Source of the DNA: Eledone cirrhosa
Lineage: Eukaryota
Direction of reading: 5' to 3'
Assembly: GCA_964016885.1 (NCBI GenBank)
Contig: OZ024741.1
Location: 58,962,001-59,026,000, forward strand
Length of the DNA stretch: 64,000 nucleotides
How positions within the stretch are numbered: position 1 is the first letter of the stretch; each line of letters begins with the position of its first letter. The translations under genes and the position numbers were made by a program. Shown in pieces: positions 1 to 14,000 of this stretch. The notes under the pieces are model-generated. The model saw only the letters and a list, made by a program, of their open reading frames with translations. It was not told where the DNA came from and made no database searches.

Positions 1-1934
1 AAACTACATTAGCAACACATTGTTGGAAAGTACAAAACAGCATTGTGACTGCATCACATTAAATATTAAAGTCTTTAATCTAATATTACACATTTTCACA
101 ATGATCTCTTCACTAGTAAAGATGATATAATGAATTGCAAAAAGAAAAAAACTATTTCAACATTAATGAGTAAATGATAATAATATTATAATAATATTAT
201 TAATAGTCAATTCGTTTGCAAGCAAACAGCCTCATATGACCATGCATTTTAGATGACTCCTATCATTCTTTTGTTCCAACGGTAGCAAAGAGAGAAACAA
301 TCAACAATTGTTTCAGGGTTATTGCCCTTTGTAAAATCTGTGTATCTCTCCCTTTTCTGTCACACACTCTTGAGAATATATAGTATTCTCTAAAGTATAC
401 ATCGATTGATTAGCCTAATTTACATACTGACCGATTTTACAGCTGGCTTTGCTGAAAATTAAAAACAAAATTTGTTTTCGCTCTAGCATAACAGATACAT
501 AAATGCATTCGTGAGTGAATAATAATATAATATTTAATTTGTGTTTCTCTCTCTCCTACCGCTGGAACAAATGGATGATGGGAGACATCTGAAACACATG
601 GCATTGTGAGGCTGTTTGCTTGCAAAAAAATTGAATATTAATAATATTATTATTATATTATTATTATTTATTCACGAATGCATTTACGTATCCACTACAT
701 GAGCAAGACATGGTCACCTGACCTGACATTGCCCACAGCAGGACACCTCGTCTAACCCACACTAGCGTGGAAGAATGGACATAAAACAGTGATGATGACT
801 ATGACTTTAGAGTGAAAACAAATTTTATTTTTCACCATTTTCAGCTAAAATCATTGCAGGATGCTAAGAGTTAAAAGTTAAACTGAAATAAACTTGATAA
901 AATGCCAACCATCCCTTCCAAAGAAATGATGTTACAAATTTCAGTTAAAATTAATTTTTAATAAAAACAAAACAAAAAAAACAAAAACAAAAATGCTATA
1001 TTTAGTAAAAGACATTCTTGCTGAAAAGTTCTAACTCTAAAATTAAATAAGTTGTCGAGAATATTCTCAAAATAAATGTAGAAATGTATTGAAGCAAGGA
1101 ATATACAATAAAATATTTATTTTGTTTGTTAACCTTCAACATGTGGGTTGGTTTGCTAAAAATAATAATTTCAAAGTTTGTTGTTTGATGTTGTAGTTGT
1201 TGTTTGATGTTATTGATGTTACAGTTGCTGTTGTAACTGTTGTTATTGTTAGTGTTTTTGTTATACTTGTTGTTGGTGTTGTTATTGTTGTTGTTTAATC
1301 CCAGGTCTCACTGATTGAGCAGACCTATGATCAAAAGCATTCCACCACTGACCATCTCATCATTTCAACAGACACATGTACTCTTAATGAAGTTCTCAGG
1401 GAGATTCAGCATGAATAATAAGGCTGACCATTTGAATTATAACCCAATTTTGTCAGCTGAGTTGACTGGGTCAACATGAAATAAAGCATCTTGCTGAAGG
1501 TCACAACATGCCACCTAGAATCAAACTCACCACCTTACAATTGTAAGCCAGATACACTAACCACTCAGTCACATACCTTCTTATGAGAAGTAGTATTGAA
1601 GCTAACAGTCTGAATTAGTGATATTTGAATAGTTTAAGTTATTGTGAAGGAATGCTTAATAGTGGAAAAAGTTAATTAGTCAAGAGATGTCTGGAGGTGA
1701 ATATAAGTGTGTCATGGGAAGATATGAGGTGATATCAGCTAAGGGAATGTAACAATTGGGAGCTTCTTACTTACACTTGTGAGCAATAATGATGTTGATA
1801 CTAAAATATTACTGAAGGTTATTAACTTGGTTAGAGATGTTACATCTATAACATTGGTTAATGTTTACACATATGTACACATATATACACATATACATGT
1901 GTATATATGTGTGTGTGTGTCTGTGTGTGTGTAA

Positions 1935-2485
1935 AATGTTGTGAGAGTAGTGCAAGCCATGTTCAGAGAAGCTGTCAGTAAAGTGGGAATAGGCAGTGAG
2001 TTTAGTGAGGAATTCAAGATACAGGTAAGTGTTGAAGGTTTGGCACTTAGCCCACTGCTGTCCATAATAGTCCTCCAGGCCATAACAGAGTAGTTTAAAA
2101 CTGGCTGTCCATGGGAACTTCTCTGTGCAGATGATTTGGTCCTTTTTAACCCATAAAAGAACTAGAAAATAAGTTCTGTCTATGGAAACGGAATTTGAAA
2201 TTAAAGAGTCTGAGAGTAAACTTAGCCAAAACTAAAGTGCTAGCGAGTAGGAAAAAGATAGGACCCAGATTCCTTCAGGAAAGTGGCCCTGCTCAATATG
2301 TAGAAAAGGAGTAGGTATAAACTCTGAACTGTGTAAATCTTGGGTACACAAGAGATGTAGTGGGATAATGGGTAGATTAACAGGAAAGGAAGACTTTGTA
2401 TGTAGAAGATGCACAGTGTTTATCAAGGGAAAGAGTGTCATTGATGTTCAAGTCACTGGAAGGGTCCATAGAAGTGGAGGAGGGT
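1935..2485 (+). mobile_element. Decayed RTE LINE fragment (RT and PHD region)
   Basis: Degenerate match to the RT of the 2600-6670 element (GCPWELL-ADDL, GKWPCSIC, WVHKRCSG); frameshifted. Confidence 0.85.
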
Positions 2486-2510
2486 GCATATATACATGTG
2501 TGTGTGTGTG

Positions 2511-2541
<31 letters not shown>

Positions 2542-2599
2542 TCAGGTTTACATGCACATACATGTATCTTGTATGCATATATGTATATATTTATTTATT

Positions 2600-5500
2600 T
2601 AAACTCTTCGCTGCCCCATCCTATCTTCTCCCTAACCCATACATCATGCTGGTTTCGAGGTCAACCCCCCCCCCTCTCTCTCTATACATATAAGATAAAC
2701 CCTACCAAATCCGAAAAAATCAGAATCGCTACATCCCTATTCCGGTATGGCTGTTTCATTGGTATAATGTAACGTAGACAAATATTTTCTCCATTCTCTC
2801 TCCATTTTTAACCCGTTAGTTCCATTCATTCACCATTCTCTATCGTATTTCTCTATCGTATTTTCCAAAACAAATCTTGTGCTTGTTAAATTATGCCCAA
2901 AATATGGGGATCTTATTTATAACCTTACCTTCTCGCTAACTACCCAACATCCCTCCCTCCCGCCCCCACACACCACCATTATTACGTGGACCAATCATAA
3001 GTCAGAGGCCTATACTATCACTTACCTGGTTGCCTTCCGATATGATGGATGGACTACGGAATTCTGGAGAGTTGAAGAGAAAAATCTGGACGCTCAGCGA
3101 CAATGCCAAAGATAAAGACAAATTCACCTCGTGGACGAGAATGCAAGCACTCCCCCTTGTTTCGACCGCGGATGGCTAACATAACCCCAACTCCGCTATC
3201 CCCCCCCCCCGCTCCCCACCGCTCCCACCCTCCAAACGCAATCCAATACTTCAGAGTTGGTACCATGAATGTAGGCACCTTAAAGGGTCGCTCTAACGAG
3301 GTTGTAGAAATGCTTGAACGTAAGGAGGTCGATGTTTGTTGTATTCAAGAGACCAGGTGGAGGGGAGGGTCTGCTAGATTCATCGTGGGTAAAGAACGAT
3401 GCTATAAGCTTTTCTGGGTGGGAAATGACAATGGGCTGGGTGGAGTAGGAATCATGGTAGCAGAAAAGTGGGCAGATAAGATAATAGACGTAAATAGAGT
3501 GAACGACAGAATAATGAAAATAAGACTTGTCCTCAATAGAACTATGGTGACAGTAATATCTGCGTACACACCCCAATCCGGACTGCCCGGCGCTATAAAA
3601 GACAGATTCTATGAGACACTGATGCTCGCTACCTCCCAAATAACCGACAGTGACTATATAATTATTGCAGGCGACCTAAACGGTCACGTTGGACAACATT
3701 GTGACGGCTATGACGGAATCCATGGAGGCTATGGGTTCGGTACTAGAAATGAGGAAGGCTCCAGAATCCTGGAATTCTGTGACGCAAATAACCTAACTAT
3801 CTGTAACACTAACTTCAAAAAACGAGACAATCACTTGTTCACCTATAGATCGGGGGAACACACAAGCCAGGTAGATTATATCCTTACCAGAAGACGTGAC
3901 AGAGTGTCTGTTGTTAACACTAAATCCCTCCCCCATGAAGAATGCACCTCCCAACATAGACTGATAATTAGCGACCTCATAGTCAGGACGAGACGTACTA
4001 GACAGCAGAAGAGGACTATCCTCAGGAGAAAAATATGGAAGCTAAAGGACCCCACACCCAGAAATAAATTTCAAAGCATATTACTTGATGCTTTCGACAG
4101 TAAGGAAGAGCAATTAGAGTCGTATAATATAGTGGGAATTCCTGAAAGCAAACCTGCTGACGGCGGCAGACGAAGTCTGTGGCTGGAGCAGGCCTGTAGG
4201 TAGGAGGAGAGTAACATGGTGGTGGAACAGTAAGGTGGAGGGGTCAATTAAGGCCAAAAAGCAGGCTTGGAAAGTATGGCGGGATGGGGGAAGTAGAGTA
4301 GACTATCAAGTGGCCAGGAGGGAAGCTAGGAGAGAAGTGTACTTCGCAAGAAGGGAAGCAGAGGAAAGAAAGTTCAAGCATGTTCTACAACGCAAGGACC
4401 AAAAACGTGAGGTGTTCAGGATTGCTAGGCAATGTGTCAAGGAAAACCGTGATATTGTCGGGGAGAAGTGTGTACTTAATGATGAAGACGTGCTTGCCAT
4501 CACTGACGCTGATAAGAAGGTAGCTTGGAAGAGTCACTACGAAAGGCTTCTAAATGAGGAGAATAAATGGGAGAAAGACAGTCTCCCCCACATCGACCCA
4601 ATAGAGGGACCAGCAGTGTTAGTCGAAGGTAGTATAATAAGTAAGGCAATCAAAGATATGAAGGCGGGTAAGGCGGCTGGGCCTTCTGAAATAGTTGCTG
4701 AGATGCTGAAGGCATCTGGTACGGTGGGACACACCATGGTCACCCGGATAGTCAACCAAGTCATACAGAATGGGGTTGTTCCGAAGGACTGGCGTAGCAG
4801 CATCATCATTAACTGTTACAAGGGTAAAGGAGATGCCCTAGATAGGTGTAACTATAGAGGCATTAAATTAATCGACCAGGTCATGAAGGTCACGGAAAAA
4901 GTAATAGCGCAACTAATCAGAGAGAGAATTGATCTAGATGAAATGCAGTTCGGGTTTGTGTCAGGCAAAAGTACCACAGACGCTCTTTTCATTGTACGAC
5001 AACTACAGGAGAAGTACCTAGCTAAAAGTAAACCCCTATACTTAGCTTTTGTCGACTTGGAGAAAGCCTTCGACAGAGTCCCCCGTTCCATTATCTGGTG
5101 GGCTCTTAGAAAACTAGATGTTGACGAATGGCTTGTCAGAGCTATACAAGCCATGTATAAATAAAAAAAGTCAGCAAGGTTAGAATTAACAATGAATATA
5201 GTGAACAGTTTAGCGTAAAAGTTGGCGTCCATCAGGGCTCTGTTCTCAGCCCCCTACTATTTATTATTGCCCTTCAGGCTATAACAGAGGAGTTCAAGAC
5301 CAGCTGCCCATGGGAACTCCTATACGCAGATGATCTAATGCTCATAGCTGAATCAATGGCCGAGCTAGAGAAGAAATTCCAAACATGGAAGCACGGCCTA
5401 GAATCAAAAGGCCTTAAAATTAACCTGGCTAAGACTAAAGTTCTAGTTTGTAGGAAAGAAAATAAGGCGCCGGTCCCTTCCGGGAAATGGCCATGCTCAG

Positions 5501-6630
5501 TGTGTAGGAAAGGCGTAGGTAGAAACTCCATTTTATGTCCCAAATGCAAAGTATGGGTGCATAAAAGATGTAGTGGGATCACAGGTAAGCTAACTAAGAA
5601 CATAGATTTTACATGTGGCTGGTGCTCTGGTGCAATAAGTAGCAGCAAGTGCCCACAAAATACTAGCTCTTTCAATTGCGCAGAGGGTTCTATAGAAATA
5701 GTGGACAGCTTCCGTTACCTGGGCGACAAAATCAGCAGTGGGGGAGGGTGCTCTGAAAGTACAGTAGCTAGAGTCAGAACTGGTTGGAAAAAGTTCAGAG
5801 AGCTTATACCACTATTAGCCGCTAAAGGGTTCTCCCTAAGAATGAAAGGCAGGTTGTATGATGCCTGCATACGAACAGCAATGTTGCATGGCAGTGAGAC
5901 CTGGGCATTGTGTGCAGAGGATATACGCAGACTAGAGAGGAACGAAGCTTGCATGCTCCGCTGGATGTGTAATAGTAACATACGTGAACGGCAAAGCATA
6001 AGCGAACTCAGGAAAAAATTAGAAATAAGAGGGATCAGATGTTGTTTACTCGAGAGAAGGCTACGTTGGTATGGTCACGTGATGCGCATGAAAGACGACA
6101 GCTGTATAACAAAGTGAAGGGCAATAAAGATAGACGGTAGCTACGGAGTAGGCAGACCCAGAAAAACCTGGGACGAGCTGATAAATTCTGACCTCACACA
6201 CTTACACCTCTCCAAGACAATGTCACTGGACCGAGACCTTTGGCGGTACTCAGTAACAGAGAAGACCCGCCTTACCTAAATACAAAGTAAAACCTACTAC
6301 AGCCAGTAGGCATCTCTAACAAAATACACCCCCGTCCCACCCACCCCCACCCCATCCACACCGCCCCTTCAATGTAAAGTTATGTTGGTGCCACATCCAG
6401 GCCGAAACAAATGAGATCGTGTAGACACAGTCCACGCTGTAATGTGGCCGTGTAGGCAACACGGTAAAAACCTCCCAGCCCCACACTGTAAATGTGGTTG
6501 GTGTTAGGAAGGGCATCCAGCTGTAGAAAACCCGCCAGATAGTCCTATGCGAGCAAGACAATCACTCTTGCCTCAAGTGGGAAAACCCCCGTCCAAACCC
6601 ATGCAAGCGTGGAACACGGACGTTAAACGT

Positions 6631-6670
<40 letters not shown>
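2600..6670 (+). mobile_element. Near full-length RTE-clade LINE (APE endonuclease + RT with inserted PHD), (GAT)n tail
   Basis: ORF pieces 3103-4203 (APE: GTMNVGTL, IQETRW, GDLNGHVG, QVDYIL), 4235-5164 (YKGKGD, QFGF, FVDLEKAFD), 5338-6117; YADD at about 5320; 3' UTR ends in (TGA)n at 6631-6670. Confidence 0.95.
3103..6279 (+). pseudogene. RTE APE-RT polyprotein, disrupted
   Basis: Frameshift near 4130 and in-frame stops at about 5162 and 6115, relative to the sister copies at 47305-51570 and 51608-54069. Confidence 0.9.
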
Positions 6671-7099
6671 ATCTTTAAAATCTTTTATACATTTTAGAAT
6701 TTTTTAATATATATATAACTTTTAAATATTTTAAATATATTTCCTTGTATGTCTTTTATAAGTATATGTTGTGTGTGTGTATATATATTTATATATATAT
6801 ACATTTATTTACATATATGTAAGCACCTGCTTATGTGGATTTAGATGTATGTATTTGTAGATATGTTGGTGTGTATGTATATATTTTTGTACATGTATAA
6901 TTATAAAAATATGTATATTCCACCCACCATTTTATCCCACTAACATTTTCACTACCCCCCCCCCCATACACCCACCTTCACATTTATCACCTGCCTCTCA
7001 TTGACAAGTTCTCATTGAACAGACATATGGGGAAAGGAATGCTATCAAAGACCATTTTATCATTTATTTTAAGCATTGTGTGTCTAGGTGTAACATGTG

Positions 7100-7600
7100 G
7101 TGCTGTAAATAAATATATACAAATACACCAGGACCGAACACAAAAGAACCAAACTCCCACTGTCTCCATCCCTCCTACTCTCCTCATCTCTCACTATTGT
7201 GTGCAAATGGGGACCCACGCGCTGGCCACCCTGTGGCCCCGGTGGATAGATTAGATATGGCATTTCCCCAGGGGATGATGAGGGTGACATGCTGAAAGAC
7301 CCATTCCAGCTCACGTGGCTCATACCTGCAGGTAGACAACTCCGTGCTGATGATGGTGAGTAGGCAGGTGGCCCTAGGACCAAGGACACCACAAGTCTCC
7401 ACTGCAATGGGCTCGACCGCAAACCTGCCAGAGAGCGACTGATATTTGGAGAGTTTACCCTCCTTGGCCTGAAGTGCAGCAGAGTCTGGGTTAGCTGCAG
7501 ACTGCACCAGGTTGCCACTGGAGAATGTGTCACTGTATGTGACATCCCAGAGAAAAGGTTTACCACCGTGGCAGGGGAAGATAGTGATGCTGCTGGCTAT
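7100..7600 (-). mobile_element. 3' fragment of a CRE-like non-LTR retrotransposon (restriction-like endonuclease domain)
   Basis: ORF 7184-7612: GKPFLWDVT..DTF, AA..K..KY..L, PIAVETCG.LG, ..GNA, which matches the C-terminal RLE signature of CRE-type elements. Confidence 0.75.
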
Positions 7601-7751
7601 GCCCACTAACATCCTTTATCACCTTCTTTCACACAGCCATATTCCCACTGCCACCACCACACTGTCCACCCTATCTTAAACACCCCTTCTCTATTACCCC
7701 CCCCCCCCCTTAAGTCTTCCTTATTTACACTGTGTCTGCTCCCAAAACTTT

Positions 7752-7804
7752 AGTTATTGTCTGATGACCGTGATAAACAGGCGAAACTTCAGAGTAACAT
7801 GACT
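7752..7804 (+). ncRNA. Type I hammerhead ribozyme (stem II imperfect)
   Basis: agttattgt-CTGATGA-ccgtgataaacaggc-GAAAC-ttcaga-GTA-acatgact; stems I and III pair. A decayed homologue lies at about 36750-36890. Confidence 0.65.
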
Positions 7805-7886
7805 CACTATTTAGCAATAAGAAAATGAATATTAAAACTCTACTTTCGGTATTCAGTATTCTTTTCTCTCAGCTGTCAACCACATC

Positions 7887-7925
<39 letters not shown>

Positions 7926-7965
7926 GAAACATAAGTCAATTGCATGAACTCATAATCCTTTATTT

Positions 7966-8021
7966 ACTGCTATATATATTTCGATGATAGCCATTGAATG
8001 GCTATGACCTCATCAGGCAGT
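7966..8021 (-). ncRNA. Minimal type I hammerhead ribozyme (PLE-type)
   Basis: Reverse complement: actgc-CTGATGA-ggtcatagccattcaatggctatcatc-GAAA-tatat-ATA-gcagt; perfect stem I, long stem II, palindromic stem III. Confidence 0.85.
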
Positions 8022-8241
8022 TAGTCAGTTCTTAGATATGCCAGCTCTGTGTTTATAGTGTTGATGGTATCAGAGCCTTGGGACATATGAGCTTGTTAGG
8101 AATAATTTAATGTTGTCAGCAGGAATAGTCTTGATTCTCATTGGTCAGTTTGTAGATGGTAGTAGGTTGGTATTTGACCTCAAAGAGGCAGGTGGTGTTG
8201 TCAAGTTCAAACCTTCAGGCAAGATGACATATACATATACA

Positions 8242-8285
<44 letters not shown>

Positions 8286-8476
8286 TGTATATGTATGTAA
8301 AAGACAAACAGAAATAACAACACAATTAGTAGAGTACATGGAAGGAATATATTAGTTTAACGCTTGAAATAGGAGGAAGAGGGTCTTAATGATTCGGGCA
8401 CTAGTCCTTCAATAGAAGAAAGAATGAGAAATTTGAAAGATGGAGGAAACAGGCAGGACGGAATTGTAAAAAGATT

Positions 8477-8515
<39 letters not shown>

Positions 8516-8541
8516 TACATATATGTGTATGTATGTATGTG

Positions 8542-8578
<37 letters not shown>

Positions 8579-8605
8579 ATCTCGGGTTTAATCATGAGTT
8601 ACCAC

Positions 8606-8810
8606 AGTAAGTAAGGTACTCAATACATAGTAGAGTATATACAATGTTTAATATAGAAATGGCTTCTACAGGACTAGAACTGTTTCATTCGAAAGAAATC
8701 TCTCTATATATATGAAATGAAATGGTTCTAGTCTTGTAGAAGTCATTTATATAATAAATTAGATATGGCTATACTCTACTAGCTTATTGAGTACCTTTTT
8801 TAACTGTAAT
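8606..8810. repeat. Diverged fold-back element (arms about 8606-8690 and 8714-8810)
   Basis: cttctacaggactagaactgtttcatt pairs with aatgaaatggttctagtcttgtagaag; a related fold-back lies at 23185-23320. Confidence 0.75.
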
Positions 8811-8861
8811 TACTTCCCGAAATACATTTAAAAAAAAGCTATCTCTCTCTCTACATATATA

Positions 8862-8908
<47 letters not shown>

Positions 8909-9088
8909 GTGAAATAAACTCTACTCAATGTATGGAGGTGAGTTATTGGAGTTTGAGAATCATATACCAGTGTGTCTTAATGTCTTACAACATCCACATA
9001 ATGATATATTTATAATGCATCTACACATATACACACACATATATATATATGCACACACACACACACATATATATACACACACTCATAT

Positions 9089-9144
<56 letters not shown>

Positions 9145-9649
9145 ATATAGACATACAAATATTCACCCATATTCCGAAATATATTTATATATATTTGTAT
9201 TAATTTATTTACTTTTATATATATATATGTGTGATGGCTTCTACATATGTGTATTAACGTCTATTCAATTTTCCACAGAATACTAAAGCCTGTTTAGAAG
9301 ACAAGTCCATTTAGAAGCTACCATTGGCTTCTTCGTTATTTCTTCTGAAACTTTGAGAATATTCCTATATCGTTAGAGTATTCTTGAACTTCATCATATA
9401 GAATTTTGCCTGCAGCTATTGCGTCAAAGGATTTATTTTAAAATTTATTATTCTACGACGCCACATAGAGAAATCTGCAATAATGTGTATGTAATGTATA
9501 TATATATATATATATGGAGAGGAAAGGTATATCGATATATTGATATCTTAATAGCTTCTTATGTGGGTGTGTGTCAATACATATTGATATTATGTTCTTT
9601 AGTATATATATATATATATATATATATAGGTATCTTGAAATGATATATA

Positions 9650-9681
<32 letters not shown>

Positions 9682-9708
9682 TTAGGTATATACATATATA
9701 TGTATATA

Positions 9709-9751
<43 letters not shown>

Positions 9752-9784
9752 GTATATATATATATATATATGTGTATATATATG

Positions 9785-9816
<32 letters not shown>

Positions 9817-9881
9817 TATGTGTATATATATGTATGTATTATAAAAAATAAACCAAAGAAGCCTTCAATACATCAAAAGTT

Positions 9882-9933
9882 TTTATTAGCCAACAATGTT
9901 TCGTCCTATTAAGGACTCATCAGGGCAAGTAAA
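9882..9933 (-). ncRNA. Minimal type I hammerhead ribozyme (left arm)
   Basis: Reverse complement of the motif at 10493-10546. Confidence 0.85.
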
Positions 9934-10492
9934 GCTACAAGAAGCACTATCGGCTAATACAAGCCAAAAACTCAGAAGAATATGGAGTATACATCTATTA
10001 AAGCCTAGGAAAGATATCAAGGAAAAGTAGGCTAAGATTAAGAGCGAGCAGTTACAAACATAGATATAGACTATTTTTATCTTTATTATATTATACTGTA
10101 AACAATATATACATATATATTTAAATACTTAATAAGTGTTAGTCTGTGTTTGTACTAATGTACATATGTATAGATAGATATATATATATATATATATACA
10201 TATATTAAGCTTTTTATTCTCACATCTATTATACTATATTATATTCTATATCGTACTGTAATTCTCGCATTATATTGCCATTTGTGTTTCAAGTTTTTGC
10301 ATTATATAATATTTACAATGTGGGTTCAACATGTTAATCACTTCCTTGCTATTTGGTCTATATCTACGTTTGTAACTGCTCACTCTTAATCTTAGCCTAC
10401 TTTTCCTTGATATCTTTCCTAGGCTTTAATAGATGTATACTCCATATTCTTCTGAGTTTTTGGCTTGTATTAGCCGATAGTGCTTCTTGTAG

Positions 10493-10546
10493 CTTTACTT
10501 GCCCTGATGAGTCCTTAATAGGACGAAACATTGTTGGCTAATAAAG
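10493..10546 (+). ncRNA. Minimal type I hammerhead ribozyme (right arm)
   Basis: ctttacttgcc-CTGATGA-GTCCttaataGGAC-GAAAC-att-GTT-ggctaataaag; canonical core with G10.1-C11.1; AATAAA follows directly. Confidence 0.88.
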
Positions 10547-10747
10547 ACTTTTGATGTATTGAAGGCTTCTTTGGTTTATTTTTTATAATTCTTCGGCTCT
10601 GTTTAATTACATTGAGCTATATCTTATACTGTCATTTCTATAATATGAAGAGTGTGGTTAACTCCAACACACTCTAGTATTTCAATTCTTATATGTATGT
10701 ATATTTATATATATTTATATATATATATATGTGTATATATATGTATG

Positions 10748-10802
<55 letters not shown>

Positions 10803-11060
10803 GTATGTATATGTATATATATATATATATGTATGTATATATATATGTATATATATGTATATATGTATATATATATATGTATATATGTATATATATATAG
10901 GTATATATATATATGTATATATGTATATATATGTATATATGTATATATATATAAGTATATATATAACTTTGAATAACTTTGAATAACTTTGAAATGTTTT
11001 GGCCAGTATTGGCCCAGGCCATGTCTAACTTAATAGCACCACCTGGCGAAGTCTTTCAAT

Positions 11061-14000
11061 TCAGGATTTGGGCACCATGGCCCATTCGAGAAGAGAATTA
11101 CTGTTTGCGGAGACATATCCGGGTGTGGGTGGTTTGTCCGGGATTACTTGGAGGAATTTGTCCAAAGACTTCTTGAATTTTGTGTGGTCAGTTTCTGTTT
11201 TGACGTGTCCTGGTGTGATGTTGAAGAGAGCAGGGCCGATTGAGGTGAAATAATTGTGCCGTATTGTTGTTATGAGTTGCGATTTAGATTTTTGAATGGG
11301 ACGGATAGCACGGGGCCCAAGCCTTGGGTGTATCTTGAAGGCGATGCCAACATCATTTGGGCAGTGATGATGGAACATTTTCCACATCATGCAGATAATA
11401 TAACGCTCACGGCGACGTTAGAGTGAGTAAAGTTTCAGGTTTTCTAATCGACCCCAGTAGTCAAGGTCTGACATGCCATCTATCTTTTTCGTGATTGCCC
11501 TTTGAGGAGCTTCAAGTTTCATGATACTTTGTTTCGTGTGGGGAGACCACAGTGGACAACAGTATTCAAGGTGTGGTCGGGCAAAAGTAGAAAAGAGAAG
11601 GATAATGGTGCGGGAATCTCTCGACTGGAAGGTTCTGAGGATCCAGGAACACATTCTGCGGGCCATGTCAACTTTGCTGCTTATATGCGTGGTCCAGCTT
11701 ATGTTGCTGTCCACGGTTACTCCCAAGTCTCTGATGTTGTTAGATGCCACGAGAGTTTCCCCGGAGGGAAGGGAGTACGGGAGTTTCAGAGCATCCTCTT
11801 TTCCAAAGTGGATCAGTTCGAATTTGTCTTCGTTCAGTAACATGTTGTTCTTTTCCGCCCATTGGGTAACAGCCAGTAGGTCTGACTGAAGGCTTATCCG
11901 GTCATCCACGCCATTGATGACCTTTTGGAGCTTGGAATCATCAGCGAAAATTTTAATGTTGCTGTGTTTGATGATGTCAGTGATGTCATTAATATAGATG
12001 ATGAAGAGAAGTGGGCCCAACACAGTGCCTTGTGGGACCCCACTACTGACTTTGGCTGGGCTGGATTTGACTCCCTCAACTACAACATGTTGGGTTCTGT
12101 TTGACAGGAAGCTCTTGATCCACTGCAGCAGCTTTCCAGTGACACTAATATTGGACAGCTTTCTCAGTAGAATGTTATGATCAACCCTGTCAAAGGCCTT
12201 GCTGAAATCAAGGTAGATAACATCAGTGTTGGAACCCTCTCCCAAGGCTCTCAAAATGTCATCAAAGTGATGCAGTAGCTGCGTCAGGCAATCCCTTCCA
12301 TTACGGAATCCATGCTGGTTGGAGTTCAGCATATTGTTACTCTCAAGGAAGTGGGTCATTCGCGATCTCACCACTCTCTCAAATACCTTAATGATATGAG
12401 AGGTGAGTGAGATTGGACGGTAATTCACGGCAAGGGATTTGTTTCCCTTTTTGAAAACTGGGACAACAGACTGGGATAGAAGGTTTTCTGGCACATATCC
12501 AGCATCCAGTGAGTTCCGCCACAGATTGGCAAGAGGAGATGCAAGTTGGTGTTGACACGCCTTCAAGACACAAGCAGGGAACCTATCGGGACCTACTGCT
12601 GAATTATGCTTGATTTCCTTTATTGCCGCCAAGACATCAGGGGCGCCAAACGTTATGTCCGATAAGGTGTAATGGGGAGTAACATCGCCGATACAGCCCA
12701 GATCGGCCATATCAGGATTGCTGAAAACAGAGCAGTATTGTTTCTGCAGTATCTCACCCATGGTTTTAGCATTGTCTTGAAGAGTGCCATTTTCATCAAT
12801 TAGAGGGCCAACAGTAGAGCCAGTGATTTTGTGTTTTTTTGCAAATGAAAAGAACACTTTGGGATTGAGTTTGATCTTCTCAATGGCCCAGGCCTCTTCA
12901 GCTCTTCTCTGATTGTTGATGAGGGACATTATGTTGTTTTGGAGGTTATGTTTTTTAATCTCTAGTGATGAAATGGCAGTCAAGTTGATGTGTTGCTGCT
13001 GACAGTATTTCAGCTTGTTGATTTTTTTGTTCGTTCTCTTAATTTTTCTGATGAGCGTTTTTCTATTTCTAGGGATTCTGCTCTTAGATTTGTTTATAGT
13101 TCTTAATGGGGTGTGTTTAGCACATATGTTTGTAACAGTGTCCACAAATGTCTGCCAGGACTTTTTGATGTTAGTGGGTGTATGAGTGTGCGTGAAGGAC
13201 CAGTCGACATGTGCAAGATCATGACTGATCGCTTCCCAGTTTGCATTGTGGAAATCCATAGCGTCAAACGGATGGACAGGAGAGATGACATTGGGTTTGT
13301 ATATTGGACGGTGGAATCTCAGATCACAGAGAACCATGTCATGATCAGAGAGTAGAGTTTTCTCCACTGCAATATTGTGGATATTGTCAGTGTGATTGCT
13401 GAAAATTAAGTCTAGGACGTTTTTGTGGCACCTCGTTGGTTCGAGCACCAGTTGGGATAGGAAGAAATCATCCATGAAGTCAAGAAGCGATTCCACAGCT
13501 TCCCTGTCAGAGGTTGAGGCAGAAGAACCTGGTGGCAGGCTGTTTGTGGACCAGTCAACTCCGGGGAGGTTGAAGTCCCCCATCATTAAGATGTTGTCAG
13601 GGTGACACTCTTGGATGAAACACTTTATGCTGTTGAGGCATTCCTTGAAGCATGGTACAGGCGTTTGGGGTGGCCTATAGAGCCCAACTACTAATAGGTT
13701 GTTGGTTTGACTGAATACAGTGACTGCTTCACAGTATCCATTAGTGAATATGTTCATAGCCTCTGTTGAGAAAGAATTATGGACATAAATGGCAGTTCCG
13801 CCCTTTCTTCTGCCAGCGCGATCAGCACGGATGGCTTTGAAATTTTTCACTTTCACCTCGGCTTCCAAGTGGAGGTTACTGAGATGGGTTTCAGTGAGGA
13901 CGACGAAAGGGATGTGGTTTGGATGGACATCAATCCAGTCCTCCAGGAATTTGATCTTCCATTTTTGAGTATTGGTGGAAGGGCTGATGCCTTGGGCGTT

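Larger units (their letters stand above)
9839..10690. mobile_element. Non-autonomous Penelope-like fold-back element: about 233-bp inverted arms (9839-10071 / 10356-10588), each carrying a hammerhead
   Basis: Arms are near-identical reverse complements; the right arm extends about 100 bp further; both ends lie in (TA)n. Confidence 0.8.

Noticed and set aside
2600-3100. HDV-like ribozyme in the RTE 5' UTR
   Set aside because: Known in some RTEs, but I could not assemble the nested double pseudoknot by eye; needs a descriptor search.
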